This document shows, in pieces, positions 7,672 through 17,620 of a stretch of 43,170 nucleotides of DNA. The stretch lies in IMG/VR virus record IMGVR_UViG_2534682162_000010; one strand, given 5' to 3'. Under the pieces are notes generated by a model. That model was given only the letters and a program-made list of their open reading frames with translations. It did no database searches and was not told the origin of the DNA. Positions within the stretch are counted from its first letter, which is position 1. Every line of letters begins with the position of its first letter. The translations under genes were made by a program, and so were the position numbers. The stretch comes from a virus (taxonomy: Duplodnaviria > Heunggongvirae > Uroviricota > Caudoviricetes).

Positions 7672-7757
7672 CAGGTTCAAAAATGGCGAAAGCCGGTCTG
7701 CGGGAACAGAGCCGACTTTCAGGTGCAAATCGTAACGCACTCATTGCGGGAGGAATT

Positions 7758-8687
7758 ATGGCAAACACTGCTGAGATATTCAATTTTCCAGTGCCGGATG
7801 TGGCACAAAAGGAGCCGCGCGTGGCAGATCTCGATGATGGTTATACGCGCATTGCAAATGAGTTGCTGGAAGCTGTAATGCTGGCCGGATTAACACAGCA
7901 CCAGCTTCTGGTCTTCCTGGCTGTCATGCGCAAAACATATGGCTTTAATAAAAAACTGGATTGGGTGAGCAACGAGCAACTTTCCGAGTTAACCGGGATA
8001 TTGCCGCACAAGTGTTCTGCTGCAAAAAGTGTTCTGGTAAAGCGTGGGATTTTTATTCAGAGCGGGCGGAATACCGGCATTAATAATGTGGTCAGTGAAT
8101 GGTCAACATTACCCGAATCAGGTAAGAAAAATAAAGTTTACCTGAAAGAGGTAAATTTACCTGAATCAGGTAAAAAAAGTTTACCCAAATCAGGTAAAGG
8201 CGTTTACCCGAATCAGGTAAACACAAAAGACAAACTAACAAAAGACAATATAAAACCTTTTTCGTCCGAGAATTCTGGCGAATCCTCTGACCAACCAGAA
8301 AACGATCTTCCTGTGGTGAAACCGGATGCTGCAATTCAGAGCGGCAGCAAGTGGGGGACAGCAGAAGACCTGACCGCCGCAGAGTGGATGTTTGACATGG
8401 TGAAGACCATCGCGCCATCAGCCAGAAAACCGAATTTTGCAGGGTGGGCTAACGATATCCGCCTGATGCGTGAACGTGACGGACGTAACCACCGCGACAT
8501 GTGCGTGCTGTTCCGCTGGGCATGCCAGGACAACTTCTGGTCCGGTAACGTGCTAAGTCCGGCCAAACTCCGCGACAAGTGGACCCAGCTCGAAATCAAC
8601 CGAAACAAGCAACAGGCTGGCGTGACAGCCGGCAAACCAAAACTCGACCTGACGAACACTGACTGGATTTACGGGGTGGAGCTATGA
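7758..8687 (+). CDS. O: Replication initiator O (iteron-binding)
   Basis: From MANTAEIFNF...VADLDDGYTRIANELLEA...LAVMRKTYGFNK the N-terminal half resembles lambda O; iterons lie inside the gene; SD gggagg before the ATG at 7758. The track start at 7668 is an upstream extension. Confidence 0.85.
   Translation: MANTAEIFNFPVPDVAQKEPRVADLDDGYTRIANELLEAVMLAGLTQHQLLVFLAVMRKTYGFNKKLDWVSNEQLSELTGILPHKCSAAKSVLVKRGIFIQSGRNTGINNVVSEWSTLPESGKKNKVYLKEVNLPESGKKSLPKSGKGVYPNQVNTKDKLTKDNIKPFSSENSGESSDQPENDLPVVKPDAAIQSGSKWGTAEDLTAAEWMFDMVKTIAPSARKPNFAGWANDIRLMRERDGRNHRDMCVLFRWACQDNFWSGNVLSPAKLRDKWTQLEINRNKQQAGVTAGKPKLDLTNTDWIYGVEL
8108..8222. repeat. Origin of replication: four iterons inside O followed by an AT-rich stretch
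   Basis: Four copies of tacc(c/t)(g/a)aatcaggtaa spaced about 20-40 bp apart, then an A/T-rich segment, as at lambda ori. Confidence 0.8.
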
Positions 8688-9385
8688 AAAACATCGCCGC
8701 ACAGATGGTTAACTTTGACTGTGAGCAGATGCGCCGGATCGCCAACAACATGCCGGAACAGTACGACGAAAAGCCACAGGTACAGCAGGTAGCGCAGATC
8801 ATCAACGGTGTGTTCAGCCAGTTACTGGCAACTTTCCCGGCGAGCCTGGCTAACCGTGACCAGAATGAACTGAACGAAATCCGCCGCCAGTGGGTTCTGG
8901 CTTTCCGGGAAAACGGGATCACCACAATGGAACAGGTTAACGCTGGAATGCGCGTAGCCCGTCGGCAGAATCGACCATTCCTGCCATCACCCGGGCAGTT
9001 TGTCGCCTGGTGCCGGGAAGAAGCATCTGTTAACGCCGGGCTGCCAAACGTCAGCGAGCTGGTTGATATGGTTTACGAGTATTGCCGGAAGCGTGGCCTG
9101 TATCCGGATGCAGAGTCTTATCCGTGGAAATCGAACGCGCATTACTGGTTGGTTACCAACTTGTACCAGAACATGCGGGCCAATGCGCTGACTGACGCGG
9201 AATTACGGCGCAAGGCTGCCGATGAACTGACCTGTATGACAGCGCGAATTAACCGTGGTGAGACGATACCTGAACCAGTAAAACAACTTCCTGTTATGGG
9301 CGGTAGACCTCTAAATCGTGCACAGGCTCTGGCGAAGATCGCAGAAATTAAAGCTAAGTTCGGACTGAAAGGAGCAAGTGTATGA
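8684..9385 (+). CDS. P: Replication protein P (DnaB helicase loader)
   Basis: 233-aa translation MKNIAAQMVNFDCEQMRRIANNMPEQYDEKPQVQQVAQIINGVFSQLLATFPASLANRDQNE... matches lambda P. Confidence 0.95.
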   Translation: MKNIAAQMVNFDCEQMRRIANNMPEQYDEKPQVQQVAQIINGVFSQLLATFPASLANRDQNELNEIRRQWVLAFRENGITTMEQVNAGMRVARRQNRPFLPSPGQFVAWCREEASVNAGLPNVSELVDMVYEYCRKRGLYPDAESYPWKSNAHYWLVTNLYQNMRANALTDAELRRKAADELTCMTARINRGETIPEPVKQLPVMGGRPLNRAQALAKIAEIKAKFGLKGASV

Positions 9386-9684
9386 CGGGCAAAGAGGCAA
9401 TTATTCATTACCTGGGGACGCATAAGAGCTTCTGTGCACAGGACGTTGCCGCGGTAACAGGCGCAACCGTAACCAGCATAAATCAGGCTGCGGCTAAAAT
9501 GGCGCGGGCAGGAATCCTGGTCGTTGATGGTAAGGTCTGGCGAACGGTGTATTACCGGTTCGCTACCAGAGAAGAACGGGAAGGAAAGGTGAGCACGAAT
9601 CTGATTTTTAAGGAGTGTCGCCAGAGTGCCGCGATGAAACGGGTATTGAGGGTATATAAAAGAACATCAATGGGAACACAATGA
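9382..9684 (+). CDS. ren: Ren (resistance to Rex exclusion)
   Basis: MTGKEAIIHYLGTHKSFCAQDVAAVTGATVTSINQAAAKMARAGILVVDGKVWRTVYYRFATREEREGK matches lambda/DLP12 Ren; C-terminus diverges. Confidence 0.85.
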   Translation: MTGKEAIIHYLGTHKSFCAQDVAAVTGATVTSINQAAAKMARAGILVVDGKVWRTVYYRFATREEREGKVSTNLIFKECRQSAAMKRVLRVYKRTSMGTQ

Positions 9685-9751
9685 TGAAACAGGTGAGTTG
9701 AGTTCAAACTGTAGTACAATTCTCTCCAGTTTGAACAGGAAAGAATATGCT

Positions 9752-10084
9752 ATGAACCCTTATATTTATCTTGGTGGTGCAATACTTGCAGAGGTCATTG
9801 GTACAACCTTAATGAAGTTTTCAGAAGGTTTTACACGGTTATGGCCATCTGTTGGTACAATTATTTGTTATTGTGCATCATTCTGGTTATTAGCTCAGAC
9901 GCTGGCTTATATTCCTACAGGGATTGCTTATGCTATCTGGTCAGGAGTCGGTATTGTCCTGATTAGTTTACTGTCATGGGGATTTTTCGGCCAACGGCTG
10001 GACCTGCCAGCCATTATAGGCATGATGTTGATTTGTGCCGGTGTGTTGGTTATTAATTTATTGTCACGAAGCACACCACATTAA
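9752..10084 (+). CDS. emrE: EmrE small multidrug resistance efflux transporter
   Basis: 110 aa from MNPYIYLGGAILAEVIGTTLMKFSEGFTRLWPSVGTIICYCASFWLLAQTLAYIPTGIAYAIWSGVGIV...; four TM helices with conserved Glu14. Confidence 0.93.
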   Translation: MNPYIYLGGAILAEVIGTTLMKFSEGFTRLWPSVGTIICYCASFWLLAQTLAYIPTGIAYAIWSGVGIVLISLLSWGFFGQRLDLPAIIGMMLICAGVLVINLLSRSTPH

Positions 10085-10114
10085 AATAATTTGTTTCTAA
10101 ACGACTAAAATATG

Positions 10115-10155
10115 GAGGCTCTTATATTTATATGAGCCTCGTTTTATGCTTTTTG
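10115..10155 (+). terminator. Intrinsic terminator after emrE
   Basis: Stem GAGGCTC / GAGCCTC with a 12-nt AT loop followed by GTTTTATGCTTTTTG. Confidence 0.6.
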
Positions 10156-10338
10156 TTAATGTCTTTATTTTTTATGTATTCTTTTGTGCTTTCAAGATTA
10201 TGGCGTAAGAAAATTGCAATACGATTATTGTTGTATATTCAAGATAATGTGACCTTAATTGTCTTTTTAAATAAAAATTAAACAAAAATTATATCCCACC
10301 ACTAAGGTTTATAAAAGCATACGTTAGCAGGTGTCACC

Positions 10339-11865
10339 ATGAAAAAAGCCATAGCATATATGCGATTTTCATCACCAGGTCAGATGTCTGGTGACTCATT
10401 AAACCGACAGAGAAGACTTATTGCTGAATGGTTAAAGGTAAATAGTGATTATTATCTTGATACCATAACATATGAAGATTTAGGATTAAGTGCATTCAAA
10501 GGAAAGCATGCACAATCAGGAGCTTTTTCGGAATTTTTAGATGCTATAGAGCATGGTTATATATTGCCAGGAACTACATTGTTAGTTGAAAGTCTGGACA
10601 GACTTTCAAGAGAAAAAGTCGGTGAAGCGATTGAACGTCTGAAATTGATTTTGAATCACGGTATTGATGTTATAACTCTTTGCGACAATACAGTCTATAA
10701 TATTGACTCTTTGAATGAGCCATATTCATTAATAAAAGCCATACTTATAGCACAAAGGGCAAATGAAGAAAGCGAGATAAAGTCAAGTCGGGTTAAATTA
10801 TCATGGAAGAAAAAACGGCAGGATGCACTGGAATCAGGTACGATTATGACGGCGTCTTGTCCGAGATGGCTCTCCTTAGATGACAAAAGAACGGCTTTTG
10901 TTCCAGACCCCGACAGGGTGAAAACTATTGAGCTAATTTTTAAACTCAGGATGGAAAGGCGCTCATTGAATGCAATAGCCAAGTATTTAAATGATCATGC
11001 TGTAAAGAATTTCTCAGGAAAAGAAAGTGCATGGGGACCTTCTGTAATTGAAAAATTATTAGCGAATAAAGCTCTGATAGGTATATGCGTACCTTCATAT
11101 CGTGCAAGAGGGAAAGGGATAAGTGAAATCGCTGGCTATTATCCCAGAGTCATATCAGATGATTTGTTTTACGCTGTACAGGAAATTCGGTTGGCACCTT
11201 TTGGTATTAGCAATAGTAGCAAGAATCCTATGCTAATAAATCTACTTCGAACAGTTATGAAGTGTGAGGCTTGTGGTAATACCATGATTGTTCATGCGGT
11301 ATCTGGAAGTTTGCATGGCTATTATGTTTGTCCGATGAGAAGATTACATCGATGTGACAGGCCATCAATAAAAAGAGATTTGGTTGATTATAATATCATT
11401 AATGAATTGCTTTTTAATTGTAGCAAAATTCAACCAGTTGAAAACAAGAAAGATGCTAATGAAACTTTAGAGTTAAAAATTATTGAGCTTCAGATGAAAA
11501 TTAATAATTTAATCGTTGCATTGTCTGTCGCGCCTGAAGTTACCGCTATAGCAGAGAAAATAAGACTATTAGATAAGGAATTACGAAGGGCTTCGGTATC
11601 ATTGAAAACTTTGAAGAGTAAAGGTGTAAATTCATTCAGTGATTTTTATGCTATTGACTTAACCAGTAAAAATGGACGAGAGTTATGCCGTACACTTGCC
11701 TATAAAACATTCGAAAAAATCATAATTAATACGGATAATAAAACCTGTGATATCTATTTTATGAATGGCATTGTTTTTAAACACTATCCTTTAATGAAAG
11801 TAATATCCGCCCAGCAGGCGATAAGTGCTCTCAAATATATGGTTGATGGTGAGATTTATTTCTAA
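10339..11865 (+). CDS. ybcK: Large serine recombinase (DLP12 YbcK-type)
   Basis: 508 aa; N-terminal resolvase-type domain (AIAYMRFSSPGQ...SLNRQ, catalytic Ser), recombinase and zinc-ribbon region (CEACGNT...C...C); very AT-rich gene. Confidence 0.85.
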   Translation: MKKAIAYMRFSSPGQMSGDSLNRQRRLIAEWLKVNSDYYLDTITYEDLGLSAFKGKHAQSGAFSEFLDAIEHGYILPGTTLLVESLDRLSREKVGEAIERLKLILNHGIDVITLCDNTVYNIDSLNEPYSLIKAILIAQRANEESEIKSSRVKLSWKKKRQDALESGTIMTASCPRWLSLDDKRTAFVPDPDRVKTIELIFKLRMERRSLNAIAKYLNDHAVKNFSGKESAWGPSVIEKLLANKALIGICVPSYRARGKGISEIAGYYPRVISDDLFYAVQEIRLAPFGISNSSKNPMLINLLRTVMKCEACGNTMIVHAVSGSLHGYYVCPMRRLHRCDRPSIKRDLVDYNIINELLFNCSKIQPVENKKDANETLELKIIELQMKINNLIVALSVAPEVTAIAEKIRLLDKELRRASVSLKTLKSKGVNSFSDFYAIDLTSKNGRELCRTLAYKTFEKIIINTDNKTCDIYFMNGIVFKHYPLMKVISAQQAISALKYMVDGEIYF

Positions 11866-12063
11866 ATAATGATCTCGGATTTTAAGTTATGCTATGGTGA
11901 TAAAGTGCAAGATAGAATTAATTATCTTTGACGAAACTTAATGGGTAATTACTTTGTTTGCTCCCACAAGCGAGTTTTGTACGGCTGTATTGGGGTAGTA
12001 AATGAGCTATACAATCTTAATCATTTGTTAGGTGAGAACTCTTGGTCGCAGATTCAAATACTG

Positions 12064-12113
12064 AAAATACGTGACAAATTATTATGAGCAAAATGGTGTA
12101 TGTCACGTATTTT
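12064..12113. repeat. Perfect 13-bp inverted repeat with 24-bp spacer
   Basis: AAAATACGTGACA (12064-12076) and TGTCACGTATTTT (12101-12113) are exact reverse complements; located in the AT-rich ybcK-ybcL intergenic region. Confidence 0.8.
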
Positions 12114-12329
12114 GAATGGTAGGTTAAAAAATAACACCGACTTTCGTAGGTATTACTAATAATAAAGCAGAGTTTTTAGATAGTATCAATGTGCTTTGTG
12201 TATATTGTGGCAAATAATTGGGTTGGGGGTACAATTGTGATTGCTTTTGCATGAACATTGCGCCTTTATGCATAATGAGATAAAGGAATATCAAATAAAA
12301 TAACGATAGGTCATAACAAAGAGGTTTTT

Positions 12330-12881
12330 ATGAAAACACTTATCGTTTCAACTGTATTGGCATTCATAACATTTTCTGCGCAGGCTGCGGCATTTCAGGT
12401 CACTAGTAATGAAATAAAAACAGGAGAGCAACTTAAAACGTCTCATGTCTTTTCTGGATTTGGGTGTGAAGGTGGTAATACATCGCCCTCATTAACCTGG
12501 TCTGGTGTTCCTGAAGGTACCAAAAGCTTTGCCGTAACTGTATATGATCCAGATGCACCTACAGGCAGTGGTTGGTGGCATTGGACTGTTGTTAATATTC
12601 CAGCAACAGTAACATATTTGCCCGTTGATGCAGGGAGACGTGATGGAACAAAACTGCCGACTGGTGCTGTTCAAGGCCGAAATGATTTTGGCTATGCTGG
12701 GTTTGGTGGCGCATGTCCTCCTAAAGGAGATAAACCACATCATTACCAGTTTAAAGTATGGGCTCTAAAAACTGAAAAGATTCCTGTAGATTCTAACTCC
12801 AGCGGAGCGTTAGTTGGTTATATGCTTAATGCTAATAAAATCGCAACCGCTGAGATAACACCAGTTTATGAGATAAAGTAG
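12330..12881 (+). CDS. ybcL: Secreted PEBP/YbhB-family protein (DLP12 YbcL-type)
   Basis: 183 aa with signal peptide MKTLIVSTVLAFITFSAQAAA and PEBP-like core (DPDAP...GWWHW...HHYQFKVWAL). Confidence 0.85.
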   Translation: MKTLIVSTVLAFITFSAQAAAFQVTSNEIKTGEQLKTSHVFSGFGCEGGNTSPSLTWSGVPEGTKSFAVTVYDPDAPTGSGWWHWTVVNIPATVTYLPVDAGRRDGTKLPTGAVQGRNDFGYAGFGGACPPKGDKPHHYQFKVWALKTEKIPVDSNSSGALVGYMLNANKIATAEITPVYEIK

Positions 12882-12890
12882 GGTGAGAGT

Positions 12891-13688
12891 ATGCTGGCAA
12901 GAGGTAAGACTAACTTAAAGATCGAAGAAATACGGATGCATAAACATCATGAGATTCATAGGGTTAAGCCTCTTATGCCAGCTTTGTGTCGTATCCGTCA
13001 GGGAAAGAAAGTTATCAATTGGGAGACGCATACTTTAACTGTTGATAATAATCAAATAATATTATTTCCTTGTGGTTATGAATTTTATATTGAGAATTAT
13101 CCTGAAGCAGGGCTTTATCTTGCAGAAATGCTTTACTTACCCATTGATTTAATTGAGAGTTTCCAAAAACTTTATACGGTAACTGATCAAATACGTAACA
13201 AAACAAGTTTCTTTTTACCTCAAAATCCTGAGTTAATATATTGTTGGGAGCAACTAAAAACATCTGTTTCCCGAGGCTTCTCAACTAAAATTCAGGAGCA
13301 CTTAGCAATGGGCGTTCTACTTTCGTTAGGAGTGAATCATGTTAATCATTTACTTTTATCATATAGTAAACAATCATTGATAAGTCGTTGTTATAACCTG
13401 CTGCTATCCGAACCCGGCACAAAATGGACAGCAAACAAGGTTGCTCGATATCTCTACATTTCTGTTTCTACATTACATCGCCGTCTAGCAAGCGAGGGGG
13501 TAAGTTTCCAAAGTATACTGGACGATGTGAGGTTAAATAATGCGTTGTCTGCTATACAAACGACGGTAAAACCTATAAGCGAGATTGCCAGAGAAAATGG
13601 TTATAAGTGTCCTTCTCGTTTTACTGAAAGATTTCATAATCGTTTTAATATAACACCAAGAGAGATAAGAAAAGCTTCCAGAGAGTAA
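12891..13688 (+). CDS. ybcM: AraC-family transcriptional regulator (DLP12 YbcM-type)
   Basis: 265 aa; C-terminal AraC-type HTH ([37 protein letters not shown]...[22 protein letters not shown]). Confidence 0.85.
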
Positions 13689-13902
13689 AAGTGTTTTAAG
13701 AAGGAGCAATTCTATCGATTTTGATTTTGGGAAATCAACACGGCATAATTATGTCACCGGAGCCTGAACAACTCCGGTGACTTCTGCGCTAAACGGGGAC
13801 GTTTATGCGCACATACAATCCAAACTCTCTTCTCCCTTCACAGATGCAGAAATGCACCTGCAATTCTTTGCATCTAGCGTTTGACCTCTGCGGAGGTGAA
13901 GC

Positions 13903-14358
13903 GTGAACCTCTCACAAGACGGCATCAAATTACATCGCGGCAACTTCACCGCTATCGGTCGGCAGATCCAGCCTTATCTGGAGGAGGGCAAATGCTTTCG
14001 CATGGTGCTTAAACCGTGGCGTGAGAAACGCAGTCTTTCCCAGAATGCACTCAGCCACATGTGGTACAGCGAAATCAGTGAATACCTCATCAGCAGGGGT
14101 AAAACGTTCGCCACTCCAGCTTGGGTAAAAGATGCTCTCAAACACACATATCTCGGTTATGAAACCAAAGACCTGGTTGATGTCGTAACCGGTGATATCA
14201 CCACTATCCAGTCGTTACGCCATACCTCCGATCTTGATACCGGAGAGATGTATGTCTTCCTGTGTAAGGTTGAAGCCTGGGCGGTGAATATTGGCTGCCA
14301 CCTGACTATTCCGCAGAGCTGCGAGTTCCAGCTGCTCCGCGACAAGCAGGAGGCGTAA
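13903..14358 (+). CDS. ybcN: NinB/YbcN-family DNA-binding recombination protein
   Basis: 151-aa ORF at the start of the nin region; matches DLP12 YbcN from memory. Confidence 0.75.
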
Positions 14359-14528
14359 TGGCTACACCGCTTATTCGTGTCATGAACGGACACATCTACA
14401 GAGTATCAAATCGTCGTAAGCGTAAGCCTGAGCTGAAGCCATCCGAAATACCAACACTGCTCGGATATACCGCTAGCCTGGTTGATAAAAAATGGTTGCG
14501 ACTGGCAGCAAGGAGGAATCATGGCTGA
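14358..14528 (+). CDS. ninE: NinE
   Basis: 56-aa [59 protein letters not shown]; its ATG shares a base with the ybcN stop (TAATG); not in the >=60-aa track. Confidence 0.8.
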   Translation: MATPLIRVMNGHIYRVSNRRKRKPELKPSEIPTLLGYTASLVDKKWLRLAARRNHG

Positions 14529-14811
14529 TTTGAGAAAAGCAGCGCGTGGTCGGGAATGCCAGGTAAGAATCCCTGGCGTATGTAATGGCAATTCTGAAAC
14601 GTCTGTACTGGCACATATCCGGCTGGCTGGATTGTGCGGTACCGGTATCAAACCGCCAGACCTGATTGCCACCATTGCATGTTCTGCCTGCCACGACGAA
14701 ATCGACCGCCGCACACATTTTGTCGATGCTGCATATGCAAAAGAATGCGCGCTGGAAGGTATGGCGAGAACACAGGTTATCTGGCTGAAAGAGGGGGTTA
14801 TTAAGGCGTGA
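14521..14811 (+). CDS. ybcO: YbcO-family nin-region nuclease
   Basis: 96 aa from the ATG at 14521 ([24 protein letters not shown]...); overlaps the ninE end. The track start at 14482 is a TTG. Confidence 0.75.
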   Translation: MADLRKAARGRECQVRIPGVCNGNSETSVLAHIRLAGLCGTGIKPPDLIATIACSACHDEIDRRTHFVDAAYAKECALEGMARTQVIWLKEGVIKA

Positions 14812-15170
14812 ATACCTACAGTATCACATTACCCTGGCCTCCGAGCAATAATCGCTATTACCGCCATAATCGCGGGCGCACGCACGTCAGTGCAGAGGGG
14901 CAGGCATACCGCGATAACGTCGCCCGAATCATTAAAAACGCAATGCTGGATATCGGCCTGGCTATGCCTGTGAAAATCCGCATTGAGTGCCACATGCCGG
15001 ATCGCCGTCGCCGTGACCTGGATAATCTGCAAAAAGCCGCTTTTGACGCACTCACTAAAGCAGGTTTCTGGCTGGATGATGCTCAGGTCGTTGATTACCG
15101 CGTTGTGAAGATGCCTGTTACCAAAGGTGGGAGGCTGGAACTGACCATCACCGAAATGGGGAATGAATGA
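14808..15170 (+). CDS. rusA: RusA Holliday-junction resolvase
   Basis: 120-aa translation [42 protein letters not shown]...[34 protein letters not shown] matches RusA. Confidence 0.93.
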   Translation: MNTYSITLPWPPSNNRYYRHNRGRTHVSAEGQAYRDNVARIIKNAMLDIGLAMPVKIRIECHMPDRRRRDLDNLQKAAFDALTKAGFWLDDAQVVDYRVVKMPVTKGGRLELTITEMGNE

Positions 15171-15307
15171 TGTTTGAGTTTAATATGGCAGAACTTCTTC
15201 GCCACCGCTGGGGGCGTCTGCGCTTATATCGTTTCCCCGGTTCTGTTTTGACCGATTACCGAATACTGAAGAATTACGCCAAAACCCTGACAGGAGCAGG
15301 AGTATGA
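15167..15307 (+). CDS. ylcG: YlcG small protein
   Basis: 46-aa [49 protein letters not shown] overlapping the rusA stop (ATGA). Confidence 0.65.
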   Translation: MMFEFNMAELLRHRWGRLRLYRFPGSVLTDYRILKNYAKTLTGAGV

Positions 15308-15392
15308 AGTCAGAGATAACAATCAACTAATACTGTTTTGTTGATTTTTGCTTGTAATTGGCGTTCTGGTCTGATTTTTGTGGAGTAAGTTG

Positions 15393-15776
15393 ATGCGTGA
15401 TATTCAGATGGTTCTTGAGCGTTGGGGAGCGTGGGCGGCTAATAATCATGAAGATGTGACCTGGTCGTCCATTGCCGCCGGTTTTAAGGGATTAATTACT
15501 TCAAAAGTAAAATCTCGCCCGCAATGTTGTGACGATGACGCGATGATCATTTGCGGGTGCATGGCCCGTCTGAAAAAGAACAACAGCGATTTGCACGATT
15601 TATTAGTAGATTATTATGTAGTCGGTATGACATTCATGTCACTGGCAGGTAAGCATTGCTGCTCTGATGGTTATATCGGGAAAAGGTTACAGAAGGCTGA
15701 GGGCATAATTGAAGGGATGTTAATGGCATTAGATATCCGGTTAGAGATGGATATCGTTGTTAATAACTCTAATTAA
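15393..15776 (+). CDS. quuD: Late-gene antiterminator Q (DLP12 QuuD-type)
   Basis: 127 aa from the ATG at 15393 ([22 protein letters not shown]...), with Cys-rich zinc-binding region and SD ggag; position between nin region and lysis genes. Confidence 0.8.
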   Translation: MRDIQMVLERWGAWAANNHEDVTWSSIAAGFKGLITSKVKSRPQCCDDDAMIICGCMARLKKNNSDLHDLLVDYYVVGMTFMSLAGKHCCSDGYIGKRLQKAEGIIEGMLMALDIRLEMDIVVNNSN

Positions 15777-15964
15777 TATGCCAATTGTTTACTAAAAATT
15801 ATTAAAAATGGGGCGTTGAAACGCCCCCAAAAATAAAGGGTAATATATAACAGAAGGTTTATATAGTTAGAAGCAAGGTTGTGCTTCTAAAGGAAGTGGC
15901 TTGAGGGAGCCACTTATATGTTGGGGAGGCAAAGCCTCCCACAACATATCTTTTAGTAATCAAA

Positions 15965-17047
15965 TTAGAACTGGTAAACCATACCTACAGCAACGATATC
16001 ATCGGTAGCAACGCCAGATGCTTTCGTGAAATCGCTCTTATCAATCAGGTTGATTTTGTAATCAACAAAAGTGGACATATTTTTGTTGAAGTAATAGGTT
16101 GCACCTACATCAATATATTCAACCAGGTCCTGATCACCCCACGCACCCAAGTCTTTTCCTTTAGATTGCAGGTAAGCAACGGACGGACGCAGACCGAAGT
16201 CGAACTGATATTGTGCAACTACTTCGAAGTTTTGTGCTTTGTTGGCAATATGGTTATTACCAAAAACAGTCATGTTCTGGGTTTCAGAATAGGTGGTAGC
16301 CAGATAGATGTTGTTCGCATCATATTTCAGACCAGCTGCCCATACTTCAGCATTTTGACCAGATGCATTCAGGCTGTTGTTACCGTAGATAACCTGATTA
16401 TTAGTGCGGTCAGATTTAGCATAGGTTGCACCTACACCGAATCCTTCATACTCATAAGTAGTGGAGAAACCGAAACCATCACCATTAGCTTCAGTTACGT
16501 CAGTGCGGTCATTTTTACCCTGATACTGAGCAGCAAAGTTCAGACCATCAACCAGACCAAAGAAGTCGTTGTTACGATAAGTTGCAACACCAGTGGTGCG
16601 ACCAGTCATGAACACATCTGTTTGGGTCCAGGTATCGCCACCGAATTCTGGCAGAACGTCAGTCCACGCACCGATGTCATATGCTACACCGTAGTTACGG
16701 CCGTAATCGATTGAGCCGTAGTCCCCGAATTTCAGGCCTGCAAATGCAAGACGGGTTTTGTCTTTGGAGGAGCCTTGAGATTCAGCGCGGTTGCCTTTGA
16801 ATTCATATTCCCACTGACCGAAACCAGTCAGTTGATCGTTGATTTGGGTTTCACCTTTGAAGCCAAGACGGGCATAAGTAGTATCACCATCATCTGCATC
16901 ATTAGAGGAGAAGTAGTGCTTGGCATTAACTTTCCCATATAGATCCAGCTTGTTACTGTCTTTATTATAAATTTCAGCTGCCTGAGCAGACATCGCCATC
17001 AGTACTGATGCAGCTACAGCAGAAATTGCCACTGTTAATTTTTTCAT
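15965..17047 (-). CDS. nmpC: General porin, OmpC/OmpF/PhoE/NmpC family, intact
   Basis: 360 aa with signal peptide [23 protein letters not shown] and terminal ...VGMVYQF; 16-strand porin hallmarks; antisense to the phage late direction between Q and the holin. Confidence 0.92.
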   Translation of the reverse strand: MKKLTVAISAVAASVLMAMSAQAAEIYNKDSNKLDLYGKVNAKHYFSSNDADDGDTTYARLGFKGETQINDQLTGFGQWEYEFKGNRAESQGSSKDKTRLAFAGLKFGDYGSIDYGRNYGVAYDIGAWTDVLPEFGGDTWTQTDVFMTGRTTGVATYRNNDFFGLVDGLNFAAQYQGKNDRTDVTEANGDGFGFSTTYEYEGFGVGATYAKSDRTNNQVIYGNNSLNASGQNAEVWAAGLKYDANNIYLATTYSETQNMTVFGNNHIANKAQNFEVVAQYQFDFGLRPSVAYLQSKGKDLGAWGDQDLVEYIDVGATYYFNKNMSTFVDYKINLIDKSDFTKASGVATDDIVAVGMVYQF

Positions 17048-17475
17048 CGTGAGCCCTTTTTTTTGAACTATTATTAAAAAATGATGTCACTGCGCGATAA
17101 ATATTCATCTAATCAATGTGATTATTTCAAGATGTAAGTTTTGGTTTCTCGTTTGATTTGTGAAGTAGATCTCTATTTTTATCTGAACTTTTTTCTATCG
17201 AATCCTATTCATGGCTCTTGGCTGAATAAAAATAAATCTATTAGCCAATTTATATTAACGACTGTTATTTATAAGTGCTCTGTAATTTGAAGGTTCAATT
17301 TAAATCGGCTAAAAATAACACTAGAAATTATTTGTTGGTTATTTGTTGAGATTTGTTTATGTATTTGTAGTGGTGTTTTCAATACTCGGTAGCATTCTCG
17401 CAAATATCATTTTGTGGTTTACGTACGTAAAAAATTGGTTATGCTGTTAAGAGTGGTTACTTCGTCACACAGCTT

Positions 17476-17508
17476 AAACCCGCCGTCGAGCGGGTTTTTC
17501 CATTTTTT
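17476..17508 (+). terminator. Intrinsic terminator upstream of the lysis cassette (candidate tR')
   Basis: aaACCCGCcgtcgaGCGGGTTTTTccATTTTTT, a GC stem-loop plus U-run about 110 nt before the holin gene. The late promoter and qut site were not pinpointed. Confidence 0.55.
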
Positions 17509-17620
17509 GAGTCTCGATATTAGCTGATAACCCAATACCTGAGTTATTCACTGACTCCGAGTCTGTTACGTTTCGTAGTATTCCCTCAATTTACACCCGC
17601 TTTGTCTGCGAGGTGGGGTT

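Noticed and set aside
7263-7740. 130-aa and 98-aa minus-strand ORFs overlapping the YdaT-like gene
   Set aside because: Antisense to a gene in the expected cro-downstream position, with Ser/Arg-rich composition and no start context.
12081-12119. 12-codon mini-ORF (MSKMVYVTYFEW) inside the 12064-12113 palindrome
   Set aside because: Too short and without ribosome-binding context; more likely a by-product of the palindrome.
10085-12329. Searched for a transposase, IS element or CRISPR array in the AT-rich cargo DNA and around nmpC
   Set aside because: No transposase-like ORF, no terminal inverted repeats of IS size and no regularly spaced direct repeats; the only repeats are the two short palindromes listed and the O iterons.
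15806-15955. Hairpins after Q and after nmpC considered as the Q-dependent late promoter and tR'
   Set aside because: The GC stem at about 15815-15833 has a U-run only on the minus strand, fitting an nmpC terminator rather than a plus-strand tR'. The better tR' candidate is 17476-17508, though the late promoter itself remains unmapped.
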